47,426 bases of DNA, taken from assembly GCA_945860985.1 (NCBI GenBank), contig CAMASM010000002.1, positions 1 to 47,426 of the forward strand. The letters are read 5' to 3'. Under the pieces are notes generated by a model. It did not search any database and was not told the origin of the DNA. It worked only from the letters and a program-made list of their open reading frames with translations. Shown here in pieces: positions 18,240-28,063 of this stretch; the first letter of the stretch is position 1, and each line of letters opens with the position of its first letter. Source of the DNA: Candidatus Finniella inopinata. Lineage in GTDB: Bacteria > Pseudomonadota > Alphaproteobacteria > Paracaedibacterales > CAITNM01. The position numbers and the translations under genes are program-made.

Positions 18240-18703
18240 GAAAGGTTTTCTTGTAGCACTTTCAGTACATCATTTGTATGATTTTTAACGCTTACTTTTT
18301 CCCATACATTGGTAATTTGACCATCAGGATTAATTAAAAAAGTTGCCCGTTGGATGCCAAAATATTTTTTTCCATACATACTTTTTTCAATCCACACGCC
18401 GAATTTTTCACAAAGTTCACCCGTGGTGTCACTAAGTAAATCAAATGGTAGTTCATATTTGCGTATGAAATTGGTGTGACTTTGTGTGGAATCTTTAGAT
18501 ACACCTAAAACTTTACAACCTAGGTTTTTCAAGATTTGATTGGCATCACGAAAGTCACATGCTTCTTGTGTGCATCCTGGGGTGTTATCTTTTGGGTAAA
18601 AATATAACACCGTCCAGTATCCTTTCAAATCAGCGGAATTAACTGCCTCACCATTTTGGTTGGGAATAGAAAAGGTGGGCAATTTGTCGCTAACTTTTAA
18701 CAT
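18236..18703 (-). CDS. bcp: Peroxiredoxin Bcp (thiol peroxidase)
   Basis: 155 aa. '[22 protein letters not shown]' is the Bcp/PrxQ active-site motif. The stop overlaps the fumC start (ATGA). Confidence 0.9.
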   Translation of the reverse strand: MLKVSDKLPTFSIPNQNGEAVNSADLKGYWTVLYFYPKDNTPGCTQEACDFRDANQILKNLGCKVLGVSKDSTQSHTNFIRKYELPFDLLSDTTGELCEKFGVWIEKSMYGKKYFGIQRATFLINPDGQITNVWEKVSVKNHTNDVLKVLQENLS

Positions 18704-18705
18704 AG

Positions 18706-20601
18706 TTATTCCATCATCTGCGCAAGCATTTCTTGGTTAATTTCAATTTTATGAAGCTCTTTCATGGCGTTAATTGTCGCTGCTGCAATGTCTTCTTGAA
18801 TCATATTATTGATATTAGTTTTTAGATTTTGCTTTTCTTCGTTAGTTGTTTTTGGTTCACGAGTTTTTTGTAGCATTACTACTGTAAAACCACCTTTTTC
18901 ATTTTGTCCTGCTATGGCTGTTTCTTTTGCTAACATGAATGCTTTTTCAGCTAATTGTGTTGGGAAAATGTCTTTAGATTTACGTTCATTTTTACCTAAC
19001 TCTAATTTTGTGAAAGCGTGGTTAGTTGAAAGTGACAAGTTGTGTTTAGTTGCAAAGCTTACCAATGCATTCATTGACTTGGAATCGGAAGCAATTGATG
19101 ATGCGAGTTTTGATGCTTCTTCTAGTTGTTGCTCAGTTTGCCAGTCTTTGCTAATTTTTTCGGCAATCTCATTAAATGCCGGGGCGTTGGCAGGGTTGAC
19201 TTTATTTACGCAAAGTACAAAAGCTCCTTCTCCAGCAATGTCAACAAAGCCGCTATCTAACCCCTGTTCTGTTGTAAATGCTTTTTCAATTATTGCTTGC
19301 TGTAGAGCATTTGGCTTTTTAAATATAGGTTTACCATTAGCAGATTTGCCTTGCTGATCAATACTTTCAATATTTTGTACGCTCAAATTCATGGTTTTAG
19401 CAATTTCTTCTAGTTTTTGCCCCGCTGCTAAAGAATCGTCTATTTTACTGCGAATTTCGTCAATTCTTGAAGATTTTTGTTCTTGTATAAGTATGTTCTC
19501 TAGTTCTTCTTTTGCTTCATCGAAGGTTGCAATACGTGATTGTTCAATTTTTGAAACCTGAAAAATATGGAAACCAAATCCTGTTGGAATTACGTCAGTT
19601 GTTTTGCCAGACTTAAGTTCAAAAATTTTATCGGCAGCAAATTCTGCTAATTGTTCTTTAGCAACTAGCCCCATATCTTCTAATTCACTACCACTAATTT
19701 CTTTTGCAACTTTGGCAAAAGATGCTCCCTTTTCAATCATTTTTAGAGCCTTTACTGCTCTTTCTTGATCTTTAAAAGTTAGGCGTTTTATACTGCGTCT
19801 TTCAGGGTATTTTAGGTTTTCTTTGCGTTCATCGTAAAATTTACGAACATCTTTTTCTGAAATACCGAGAAGATGGCGCATTGCTTGGTTATCAAGGATC
19901 ATTACTGTAATATTCCTGTATTCTGGAACCATGTAGCGATTTTTGAATTGTTCATAAAAGCTTTCTAGCTGTTCTTTGCTTGGTGTCTTCTCAATTTTAA
20001 TTTTTGAAGCGTCAATTTCTACAAAGGCAAAAACTTTTTCTTGGGTTAACGCGCCTATCAAAGTGTCTGTATAAAAAGCTGGCAATCTTGCACCCATAGC
20101 AATACTTGTGATTAATTGTTGAGTTAGCATACTATTGCGGGCTTCCTTTAAAAATGCGCGTTCGCTCATGCTTTGGTCATGTAATGCTGAGATAAATTTA
20201 TTTTCATCAAACTTACCGTCTGATTGGAATGTTTGCATTGCATGAATTTGATCTTTTAACACTTCATCAGAAATGCCTAAGTTCATTCTTTCAAGTTCTT
20301 CACCAAGTACTAATTGGCTAACTAGGCGGTTAATTACACTGTTGTGTATACCTAGAGATTTTAACTGCTGGTTTGTAAGTTTACCTTTGGTTAAATTGTT
20401 GATTCGAGCTGTTTCTTTTTGCATATGATGTGCCAATTCTTCATGGCTTATGCTGTGTTTACCAACAGTTACAATGGGGCGGTGGGCAAAAAATTTATAG
20501 ATAACATCACCAATACCCCATAAGCCGAAGCTTATTACGATGATAGAAAGTAAAACTTTAATAAACCACTTGTGTGCATGATCACGAAAAACTTGTAGCA
20601 T
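18706..20601 (-). CDS. ppiD: Periplasmic chaperone / peptidyl-prolyl isomerase PpiD
   Basis: 631 aa with an N-terminal membrane anchor ('KVLLSIIVISFGLWGIGD') and a SurA-N-like region. A central parvulin-like segment ('VIPTGFGFHIFQV') and the overall length are typical of PpiD. Confidence 0.8.
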   Translation of the reverse strand: MLQVFRDHAHKWFIKVLLSIIVISFGLWGIGDVIYKFFAHRPIVTVGKHSISHEELAHHMQKETARINNLTKGKLTNQQLKSLGIHNSVINRLVSQLVLGEELERMNLGISDEVLKDQIHAMQTFQSDGKFDENKFISALHDQSMSERAFLKEARNSMLTQQLITSIAMGARLPAFYTDTLIGALTQEKVFAFVEIDASKIKIEKTPSKEQLESFYEQFKNRYMVPEYRNITVMILDNQAMRHLLGISEKDVRKFYDERKENLKYPERRSIKRLTFKDQERAVKALKMIEKGASFAKVAKEISGSELEDMGLVAKEQLAEFAADKIFELKSGKTTDVIPTGFGFHIFQVSKIEQSRIATFDEAKEELENILIQEQKSSRIDEIRSKIDDSLAAGQKLEEIAKTMNLSVQNIESIDQQGKSANGKPIFKKPNALQQAIIEKAFTTEQGLDSGFVDIAGEGAFVLCVNKVNPANAPAFNEIAEKISKDWQTEQQLEEASKLASSIASDSKSMNALVSFATKHNLSLSTNHAFTKLELGKNERKSKDIFPTQLAEKAFMLAKETAIAGQNEKGGFTVVMLQKTREPKTTNEEKQNLKTNINNMIQEDIAAATINAMKELHKIEINQEMLAQMME

Positions 20602-20686
20602 ATACCTATAACATTTATATAATTTATCATATTAACCTTAATGAAAAACCAAGGTTTCGGCAAGATAGGCCTAATAAGGAGAGATC

Positions 20687-21355
20687 ATGAAAAAATGGGT
20701 TGTGGCAAATTGGAAGATGAATGGTTCACAAGATCTTTTAAATGCATATAAAAATGCATTCAGTAATTTAGATAATCTTATTGTTTGTCCTCCATTCGTT
20801 TATATAGATAAGTTTGGCATTAATTTGGGTGCGCAAAATGTGCACCATTTGCCAAATGGCGCCTATACAGGGGAAATAAGCGCACAAATGTTGGCTGATG
20901 TAGGTATTAATTATTGTTTAGTTGGTCATTCCGAGCGTCGTCAATTTTTTAATGAATCAGATGATTTAGTGAAAGCTAAAGCCGTGCAATGCCAAGAATC
21001 TGGTATTACTCCGATTATTTGCATTGGTGAGAGCTTGAGCGATTATTTAAATGGACAAACCAGCCAGGTGTTATCTCAACAACTTAATAATTGTTTTCCT
21101 TCTTCTTTAAAATTTTGGATAGCTTATGAGCCTTTATGGGCAATTGGTACTGGAAAAACTCCTACTATGTCAGAAATAGCAGCTGTGCATGACATGCTAA
21201 GGAGTCATTTGCCGAACGTTGTATTGTTATATGGTGGTTCGGTTAGTAGTGCAAATGCAGCAGAGATATTTACCATTAGCAACGTTAACGGTGTGCTTGT
21301 AGGTGGTGCTAGTTTGGATATAGAAACAATTACAAAAATTTATGATTTTGCTTGA
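20687..21355 (+). CDS. tpiA: Triosephosphate isomerase (short form)
   Basis: 'VANWKMNG', 'VGHSERR', 'IAYEPLWAIGTGKT' and 'LYGGSV' are present. A GGAG-like RBS ('aaggagag') lies upstream. At 222 aa it is slightly short for TpiA. Confidence 0.9.
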   Translation: MKKWVVANWKMNGSQDLLNAYKNAFSNLDNLIVCPPFVYIDKFGINLGAQNVHHLPNGAYTGEISAQMLADVGINYCLVGHSERRQFFNESDDLVKAKAVQCQESGITPIICIGESLSDYLNGQTSQVLSQQLNNCFPSSLKFWIAYEPLWAIGTGKTPTMSEIAAVHDMLRSHLPNVVLLYGGSVSSANAAEIFTISNVNGVLVGGASLDIETITKIYDFA

Positions 21356-21360
21356 TGCTT

Positions 21361-21394
21361 TTCAACGGGGAAAGTTCGCATTATCCCCGTTGAA
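21361..21394. terminator. Hairpin between convergent tpiA and rne (candidate bidirectional terminator)
   Basis: 11-bp perfect stem 'ttcaacgggga' (21361..21371) / 'tccccgttgaa' (21384..21394) with a 12-nt loop. The flanking T/A tracts are weak. Confidence 0.5.
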
Positions 21395-21409
21395 AGGTTT
21401 GTTAAGCAA

Positions 21410-23494
21410 CTAATCTAACAATCTTCTCAGCCAATTTTTTTTTTTATTTTTAGGATTTTCATTATTTTCTTCAGGTGAGTCAATTCCAGCGCTGCTTTCC
21501 GCTATTTGGGTGTCTTTGCGCTTACGATTACGGTTACGACGACGTTTCTTTCCAGGAGTTGTCGTTGCCTCTTCTAATGGTGGTTCTACATTTTCCTGAG
21601 GTGCTTTTTTGTTTTCAACAGGCTTACTTTCTAGAACTGGTGTATCTTTTGTAGTTCTTTTATGCTGCGTTTGATTTTTTTTCTTAGTAGGCATTTCTTG
21701 TGGCAATATCTGTTCAGCAGTTTCGTTATTGCTTTTTTCAGCTACAATGTTTTCATTAACAGGTTCTTTTGGTTTATTACCTTTTTTGCGGCGTCGTTTT
21801 TTGTTACCTTTTTTAGGCTCCACAGATTCGATATTTACCTCTGGTTTATTTTCTGGCTCAACCGTGATAGTTTGTTCATCGCTTGTTTCATCTTTTAAAA
21901 GTGCAGTTTTTTTTGCAATGCTGGGAATTTCTTTTTGTTTTAATATGTCAATTCTATAAAAAGGAGCTGTTGCCAGGTTTTCTCTAACTACAGAAATTGA
22001 GACGTCAAAGCGATTTTCAATTTGAATAATTTCTCTGCGTTTTTGGTTAAGTAGATACAAGTCGGTTCCCTTGGGAACTGCAGCTTCAATTTCACTGGCT
22101 ACACCTTTAATTGCCTCTTGTTCAATAGCACGTAGTACTTGTAGTGCTAAAGATTCAGTGGAGCGAACTGTTCCTGTGCCATGACAATGTGAACATGGAG
22201 ACGTGTTGTTTTCCATTAGGCTTGGGCGTAGGCGTTGTCTAGAAAGTTCTAGTAGGCCAAATTGGCTAATTCTTCCAATTTGAATGCGGGCTCGATCCTG
22301 TTTGACGGATTCTTTTAATTTTTGTTCGACTTGCTGGATATATTTATTGTCATCCATATCGATGAAGTCAATTACCAAAAGTCCTGCCAAGTCACGTAAT
22401 CTCAGCTGTCTACCAATTTCTTGGGCAGCTTCTAAATTGGTTTTTAAAGCGGTAACATCTATATTGCGTTCTTTTGTTGATCTACCAGAGTTTACGTCAA
22501 TAGCAACTAACGCTTCTGTATGGTTTATAACAATTGTTCCGCCAGAAGGTAATTCTACTTTTGGAAACATCATTTTTTCAATATGCTGTTCTACTTTAAA
22601 TTTGTGGAACAATGGCGTTTTAGCATCTTTGTATAGTTTCACTTTTTTTGCATGGCTTGGAACCAGAATTTTCATAAATTCTTTGGCGTCTTTATAAGCC
22701 TCTTCACCTTCAACGAGAATTTCATCAATTTCTCTGGTATAAATGTCTCGAATGGCACGTTTAACCAGATCACCATCGTCGTGAATGAGACAAGGTGCAA
22801 TAGACTGCAAAGTTTTTTCGCGAATTTCTTCCCAAACTTTTATTAAGTAATCGTAGTCACGACGGATCTCAAGTTTTGAGCGTTCTTGACCAGCTGTGCG
22901 TACAATTAAGTTCATGCCGTCTGGAACATCTAAGCCAGTCAATACTTCTTTTAAACGTTTACGGTCTGTGTCATCTTGAATTTTTCTTGAAATTCCACCT
23001 GTGCGATTGGTTGAATTAGGCATTAATACACAATATCGCCCAGCGATTGAAATATATGTAGTTAAAGCGGCTCCTTTGTTTGCACGTTGTTCACGTACTA
23101 CCTGCACAAGTAGAATTTGGCGTTTTTGAATAACTTCTTGGATTTTGTAGCGATAATTTTTTTTTGGTGCAACTGTTGCTGTTTCTTCCTCAGTATTTTC
23201 TTCAGCTTCACTTTCAAGATCTTTTTGAAGAGCCTTTCGATCAGACGCTGGTATTCGATAATAATCTGGATGAATTTCTGCAAATGGTAGAAATCCATGT
23301 TTGTCGCCACCGTATTCAACGAATGCTGCTTGTAAAGATGGTTCAATGCGTACAACTTTTGCAAGATAGATATTTGATTTGAGTTGCTTTTTGCTAAAGT
23401 TCTCAGAATCAAATTCTTCTAGATTGTTACCATCAACTACAGCAACGCGCGTTTCCTCGGAGTGTGATGCGTCAATTAATAATTTTTTGCTCAT
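21410..23494 (-). CDS. rne: Ribonuclease E (RNase E/G family) with a Lys/Arg-rich C-terminal tail
   Basis: 'MSKKLLIDASHSEETRVAVVDGNNLEEFD' is a canonical RNase E/G start (S1 domain). 'VAIDVNSG' is the DNase-I-like site and 'CSHCHGTG' the Zn-link. The C-terminus is disordered and basic. The start is set at ATG 23494, since the 37-codon upstream extension in the ORF track looks spurious. Confidence 0.9.
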   Translation of the reverse strand: MSKKLLIDASHSEETRVAVVDGNNLEEFDSENFSKKQLKSNIYLAKVVRIEPSLQAAFVEYGGDKHGFLPFAEIHPDYYRIPASDRKALQKDLESEAEENTEEETATVAPKKNYRYKIQEVIQKRQILLVQVVREQRANKGAALTTYISIAGRYCVLMPNSTNRTGGISRKIQDDTDRKRLKEVLTGLDVPDGMNLIVRTAGQERSKLEIRRDYDYLIKVWEEIREKTLQSIAPCLIHDDGDLVKRAIRDIYTREIDEILVEGEEAYKDAKEFMKILVPSHAKKVKLYKDAKTPLFHKFKVEQHIEKMMFPKVELPSGGTIVINHTEALVAIDVNSGRSTKERNIDVTALKTNLEAAQEIGRQLRLRDLAGLLVIDFIDMDDNKYIQQVEQKLKESVKQDRARIQIGRISQFGLLELSRQRLRPSLMENNTSPCSHCHGTGTVRSTESLALQVLRAIEQEAIKGVASEIEAAVPKGTDLYLLNQKRREIIQIENRFDVSISVVRENLATAPFYRIDILKQKEIPSIAKKTALLKDETSDEQTITVEPENKPEVNIESVEPKKGNKKRRRKKGNKPKEPVNENIVAEKSNNETAEQILPQEMPTKKKNQTQHKRTTKDTPVLESKPVENKKAPQENVEPPLEEATTTPGKKRRRNRNRKRKDTQIAESSAGIDSPEENNENPKNKKKNWLRRLLD

Positions 23495-23670
23495 AAACTT
23501 AGTACATCTCCAATAGATAATAGCTACCAACTTGTTAGCCTGTTTCGCTTGTTGGCATAATTTTACTTTTTTCTGATTAAACCATAAGGGGCAAAGAACA
23601 AGCAAGTTTTTTAATATTATTTTAATGTTTAGTATTTATAATAAACGTATACATAAAATTCTTAAAAACA

Positions 23671-24003
23671 GTGCTTTTTCATTTTAAATTTATTGTGTGT
23701 ATATTCTCTATTGCTTTTTGTGAGGCTGGCCATAGTTATACAAAAGAATTGTCGATTGATCAAATTTATCAGTTTCGTTCAAAAAAAGTTAAAAAAAGTA
23801 GGCAATTTTATGGCAAAAAATTCTTAACCAAGAAGTTAGGTAAGAATTCAAATTTTTTGGCCAATAACGTTGTAGATATGTCTTCTCGCCTAGGTTGTGA
23901 TTTAGTTTTGCAAAAAATTATACGCAAAGCTCTTGGAAAAAAATCTAAGAAAAAAGGTGAATTAGTTTCTTTTGCTTGTAAAGTTAAGCAAAGAGAAAGA
24001 TAG
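23671..24003 (+). CDS. Small Lys-rich protein with a signal-like N-terminus (hypothetical)
   Basis: 110-aa ORF with a GTG start, hydrophobic N-terminus 'FKFIVCIFSIAFCEA', then a very basic sequence. No recognisable family. Confidence 0.35.
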   Translation: MLFHFKFIVCIFSIAFCEAGHSYTKELSIDQIYQFRSKKVKKSRQFYGKKFLTKKLGKNSNFLANNVVDMSSRLGCDLVLQKIIRKALGKKSKKKGELVSFACKVKQRER

Positions 24004-24008
24004 AGTAA

Positions 24009-24508
24009 CTAGCTTTTTTGTGCTTTTCTAAATGATCTTGAATATAAAGCGTACGCTGAGTAAATTTTTGGTAATTTTGAAAATTGTCCACCTGGAAGGG
24101 TTGATGCTTCATCTATTCCTACTACAAACTGTTTTGTTTTTGTGTGTGGTGATATCACTCCGTTCTTAATAATTTGTACAGCAAAATTTGCGGCTACTTC
24201 TCCTTGTTCGTAGGGAGATGTAGCAATGGCTAAACTGGATCCGTCCTCAAATACAAATGTGTTTAATCCAATTATAGGTATTGTCGCGTTCTCCATAGTC
24301 CACTTGATAACTTCTTTTGGATTAACTTTTTCTTCACTATCTGGGGTTTTATAAATTTTTCGGTAATTGGATATAATAATGTAGTCAGCAATTTCTCCAC
24401 CTTTTTTGATGGCATCTTTCCAAGCATCAAAAGTTGAAACGAGCATTGATGGTAGTATTTTGACATTTTTCCACTTTTTATATTTGTGCAAAAAAATATA
24501 GCAAACCA
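24009..24508 (-). pseudogene. ABC-transporter substrate-binding protein (PF04392-like), C-terminal fragment cut by IS630
   Basis: 'EIADYIIISNY...TIPIIGLNTFVFEDGSSLAIATSPYEQGEVAANFAVQIIKNG' resembles the second lobe of the ABC_sub_bind family. The matching N-terminal lobe is at 25387..25947, on the other side of the IS. Confidence 0.6.
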
Positions 24509-24558
24509 ATATTAATTTGATTATAACTTTAGACAAATAATCAAAGCAGATTACGCCA

Positions 24559-24924
24559 ATGACCTACTCCCTAGATATGCGCCAACAAGTCCTAAAAATA
24601 CGAAGTGAGGAAGGTCTCAGCATGAACGAGGCGGCTAAACGCTTTGGGGTTGGCGTAGCCAGCGTAATGAGGTGGTCGAAAAACATTGAGGCTATAAAGA
24701 AACGTAACCGATCAACAAAAATAGATATGGAAGCCCTGAAAGGTGATGTGGAGCAGTATCCAGACGCTTACCAATTTGAACGAGCCACTCGTCTTGGAGT
24801 CGGTGAACATTGTGTGTGGTATGCCCTTAAACTCTTAAATGTTACCTATAAAAAAAACTCTAAATCACCCCAAAGCGGACAAAGAAAAACGCTCTGCTTT
24901 TTGCGAGGAGATAAAGAAGCATAA
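24559..24924 (+). CDS. IS630 transposase, N-terminal HTH part (frame 1)
   Basis: 'MRQQVLKIRSEEGLSMNEAAKRFGVGVASVMRWSK' is an HTH typical of IS630/Tc1-mariner-like transposases. The useful frame ends at the A8 run 24850..24857. Confidence 0.8.
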   Translation: MTYSLDMRQQVLKIRSEEGLSMNEAAKRFGVGVASVMRWSKNIEAIKKRNRSTKIDMEALKGDVEQYPDAYQFERATRLGVGEHCVWYALKLLNVTYKKNSKSPQSGQRKTLCFLRGDKEA

Positions 24925-25381
24925 GGACCAGAGCCGCTCACTGGTATTTATTGACGAGAGTGGTTTTGCTCACGACATGCCACGCACTCATGGATACGCT
25001 ACCAAAGGCAAACGTTGCTTTGGAAAGCATGATTGGGGCGCTAAGGGCCGTACTAATGTAATTGGGGCCTTACTTTTAGGTACATTGTTAACAGTTAGTT
25101 TGTTTCAAGCAAACGTCAACACATCAATATTTAACGCCTGGATAATTGAAGATCTGATCCCAAAGTTGCCGCCCAAAAGCGTTGTGATCATGGATAATGC
25201 CAGCTTTCACAAGGGTGCTGCGATGAAGAAAGCCATAGGGGATGCGGGGCATACTCTGCTTTACTTGCCACCGTATTCTCCGGATTTTAATCCCATAGAG
25301 AAAAAATGGGCCAATGCAAAAGCAAAAAGGCGCAAGGTTGGTGGAAGTATTGAGAAGCTTTTTAAAGAGCATATTTTATGA
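24839..25381 (+). CDS. IS630 transposase, catalytic DDE part (frame 2)
   Basis: 'LVFIDESGF', 'VVIMDNASFHKG' and 'LPPYSPDFNPIEKKW' form the DD(34-35)E triad of IS630. It joins frame 1 if one A is removed from the A8 run. Confidence 0.85.
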   Translation: MLPIKKTLNHPKADKEKRSAFCEEIKKHKDQSRSLVFIDESGFAHDMPRTHGYATKGKRCFGKHDWGAKGRTNVIGALLLGTLLTVSLFQANVNTSIFNAWIIEDLIPKLPPKSVVIMDNASFHKGAAMKKAIGDAGHTLLYLPPYSPDFNPIEKKWANAKAKRRKVGGSIEKLFKEHIL

Positions 25382-25386
25382 TCAAA

Positions 25387-25947
25387 TTAAATATAGTCGG
25401 CTATATCATCAAATCTTACTGTTTCGGAAGAGTCACCAATATGAATAATCTTAATATCTTTTGTAGAGTCAGCGAGTAATTGTAATGTGTCAACCAACCC
25501 TTCTATAGGTATTCTTTCTAAAATTCCAGTTACATTGTTTGCTTTATCAAAGCCATACTGTTCTCTGGTTCCATTGACTCCTGAGAAAACTATCTTAATT
25601 TTTGGGTCATTATTATAGTATTTAGCTACGTATTCTTGGGCATCATCGTCTACTGCAATAATAACTGTTGGTTTGAACTGGTCAATAACACGCTTTGAAA
25701 CTATAGCTATTTTTTTTATGTAGTGTTCTTCTGGGTGATTTTTGGTATCCATGTAATGCCAGCGAACTCCGATAGTATTTTCTTTTTCTAAAATTCTTTT
25801 GATGCCAAGGTCTACATCGCGTGTCCAAGAATAGTCGCTGCCATAACTTTGTAGTACAAGAATTCTAGGTGTTGAAATATTTTCTTTGACCAAAAAATAT
25901 GCGCTACCTACAACGAATAGTCCTACAAAAAACAACCGTAATACCAT
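25387..25947 (-). pseudogene. ABC-transporter substrate-binding protein (PF04392-like), N-terminal fragment cut by IS630
   Basis: Signal/anchor 'LRLFFVGLFVVGSAYF', then 'RILVLQSYGSDYSWTRDV...TVIIAVDDDAQEY...IKIVFSGVN', typical of the first lobe of this SBP family. The frame stops at the IS right end. Confidence 0.6.
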
Positions 25948-26233
25948 TTAGGTATCCTTCCTACATTAAAAGTTTAGAGCAATTGGACATTAATAAATAA
26001 ATTGCTCCAAAGCGTACAACATTCATGATTATATTAAACTAAATAAATTTTTTTGATCATAATTATTTCATGAGATTTTTTCAAATATTTCATGGTGCGA
26101 ATACCATTTGAAAAATCCCTGTTACTGAAAAACAGTATTTATATTTTATCAAGATCCTTTTAAAAATTGCTTTATTTGCATAAATGAAGTATATTAACAA
26201 CATTAACTCTTAAATTTTTATAAAAAACACATT

Positions 26234-26782
26234 ATGAATACCTGTAGTAAAATTTTGTTATTGTTGGTAATTTTAGTTGCAGCTGCTAATACATATTCAG
26301 CTTCGCCATCTACTGAGGAAATAATTAAATGTGAGAATTCTGCAGATGCAATCAGAAAAGCGCTGTTTAAAATCGGGACCGCAAGATTAGACCAAGTAAA
26401 CGATATAATGATAGGAACAATGCAAGATGCAGAAAATCAAGTTGTAGGCATTCAGTATCAAGACCACACAGCAAAGTCTTTTCAATTAAGAGCCGATTAT
26501 GACCCTTCAAAAGGTTGTCATATAAATGTAACCTTAGGTCATGGTAGGGGTAGGAAAAAACTAGCCTTTATTTATCCATCTGTATTCGAATGTGCTCCTG
26601 AAACAGGTTTTCAAGATCAATTATCCTCTATAAATAAATTTGCTGCAGATTTTGCTGATGTTGCTTTCAAAACAGCAGGATACGGACAAGTAGTAGATAC
26701 AGAAACACTAACAGACGAAAAAAGACTATTTGCTGCTAGAAAACTTATTGAGTACTTTCGTTCAGTTGCAGAAGCAGCTTAG
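26234..26782 (+). CDS. Secreted hypothetical protein
   Basis: 182 aa with a clear signal peptide 'KILLLLVILVAAANTYSA'. No family recognised. The 3' end overlaps the convergent transporter gene by 4 nt. Confidence 0.5.
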   Translation: MNTCSKILLLLVILVAAANTYSASPSTEEIIKCENSADAIRKALFKIGTARLDQVNDIMIGTMQDAENQVVGIQYQDHTAKSFQLRADYDPSKGCHINVTLGHGRGRKKLAFIYPSVFECAPETGFQDQLSSINKFAADFADVAFKTAGYGQVVDTETLTDEKRLFAARKLIEYFRSVAEAA

Positions 26783-28047
26783 GCTCTTTCGGCTTCAAGC
26801 TGTTCAAAATGTCGAAGACCAAATATATATCCCATAAATACAGGAATGGTGATGATTAAAGCCCCCCAGTTTCCAAGAAATTTTGTTAAATACACAAGAC
26901 CAAAGGACGTAATAACGTATATGATAGCTCGCGATAAAGCATAGGTAAAACTAATATACGTAAAGCATTTTAATACAGGAAAGTATTTATAGAAAATCGA
27001 TGTGGCTGGTGAAGCGTCGGCGGCAAAAAAGATTATACAACATTGCAGCAATAACACGTGAAATTCATGCTGAAAATTATTTAACCAGTAGGGGTAGCTT
27101 ATAACAATAACTGAAGAGATAAGGAGTTTAATTTTAAGAATTTTTAAGGGATAGATTTTGTAACTTAAAAAGACAAACAGTAAGTATGTACTGATTTGTA
27201 CTATGGAAACGATAAAATTTTGATGGATAATTTGTTCAGGACTATAGCTAAAAGAATTCTTTAATACTGTGCCGCAATGCATGTAGGAAAGATAAAAGCA
27301 TAAAGGCCACATACAATCCATCAAAAACAATGCCGATAAGGTTTTATAATCTACTTTTTCTTGTCCGGAAACATGAGAATGTTGTGGAACATGGGGATTT
27401 GCGCCCTTGCGTTTTGCTGCTATAAAATCAGGGGTTTCTCTTAAAAACACCCGAGCTGCTGTGCCCACAAACGCAATAACAGCGCCGACCCCAAAAATAA
27501 TACGCCAATTAAGCCCAAAATAGGATACAAGAGAGGCTACTGCTAATGAGGTTGCACCCCCTATGGCTGAAGCAAAAGCCAGTAAAGCAACAGCTGAGTA
27601 ACGAGCAGGAGGATTAATCAGTTCACTCAAATACAACTGAGCCCCAGTTAGTTCCCCCATAGATGACATTCCTTGAACAATACGGCAAACGGTTACAATC
27701 CAAGAAGCCGTAATACCAATTTGTGCATAAGTTGGTAAATTGGCCATAAAAACACAAGATAATGCCATGAACATGAGGGTGAGTATTACCGTGACTTTAC
27801 GTCCGACCTGGTCTCCGATAAAACCAAAAATCAGTGCACCAATAGGCCTAAATATATACGTTGTGCAAAAAGCAAAAGCCGCAAGAAGGCTAGCTGTATG
27901 AGGATCTGTTTTTGGAAAAAATAATTCGTTTAACAATACGGCCATATGAACATAAAGCATAAGATCAAAATACTCAAGAAAAGTACCTAAAGAGAGTAAA
28001 CTGACCGCACGTTTTTGTTCTTTATCTAATGAAGTAAAAATCGCCAT
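26779..28047 (-). CDS. MFS metabolite:H+ symporter, ProP-like (paralog 2)
   Basis: 'LGTFLEYFDLMLYVHMAVLLNELFFP' and 'GFIGDQVGRKV' are present and the protein is polytopic. It closely resembles the upstream paralog. The start is set at ATG 28047, because the longer track ORF would overlap the paralog. Confidence 0.75.
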   Translation of the reverse strand: MAIFTSLDKEQKRAVSLLSLGTFLEYFDLMLYVHMAVLLNELFFPKTDPHTASLLAAFAFCTTYIFRPIGALIFGFIGDQVGRKVTVILTLMFMALSCVFMANLPTYAQIGITASWIVTVCRIVQGMSSMGELTGAQLYLSELINPPARYSAVALLAFASAIGGATSLAVASLVSYFGLNWRIIFGVGAVIAFVGTAARVFLRETPDFIAAKRKGANPHVPQHSHVSGQEKVDYKTLSALFLMDCMWPLCFYLSYMHCGTVLKNSFSYSPEQIIHQNFIVSIVQISTYLLFVFLSYKIYPLKILKIKLLISSVIVISYPYWLNNFQHEFHVLLLQCCIIFFAADASPATSIFYKYFPVLKCFTYISFTYALSRAIIYVITSFGLVYLTKFLGNWGALIITIPVFMGYIFGLRHFEQLEAERA

Positions 28048-28063
28048 TTTTGTAAAACTTTCT

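Larger units (their letters stand above)
24509..25394 (+). mobile_element. IS630-family insertion sequence (about 0.89 kb)
   Basis: Terminal inverted repeats: 'atattaatttgat' (24509..24521) and 'atcaaattaaatat' (25381..25394). The core is a perfect 10 bp, extended with one indel, and the edges are TA-rich. It encodes an HTH plus DDE(D) transposase in two frames. Boundaries are good to about 3 bp. Confidence 0.8.

Noticed and set aside
18809-19357. 182-aa plus-strand ORF antisense to ppiD
   Set aside because: It is Ser/Cys/Phe-rich mirror-frame sequence inside a confident PpiD gene with no recognisable domain. The same reasoning applies to 2809..3108, 3247..3495, 6588..6824, 7488..7700, 10512..10730, 13094..13276, 17212..17448, 22284..22846, 23098..23412, 28683..29060, 32765..33103 and 45369..45857.
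23495-23605. N-terminal extensions in the ORF track for rne (to 23605), rpmE (to 42336), znuC (to 37005), ProP-like paralog 2 (to 28122) and the IS110 ORF (from 43496)
   Set aside because: In each case the conserved family N-terminus begins at an internal Met. The extension is non-homologous or would overlap the upstream gene.
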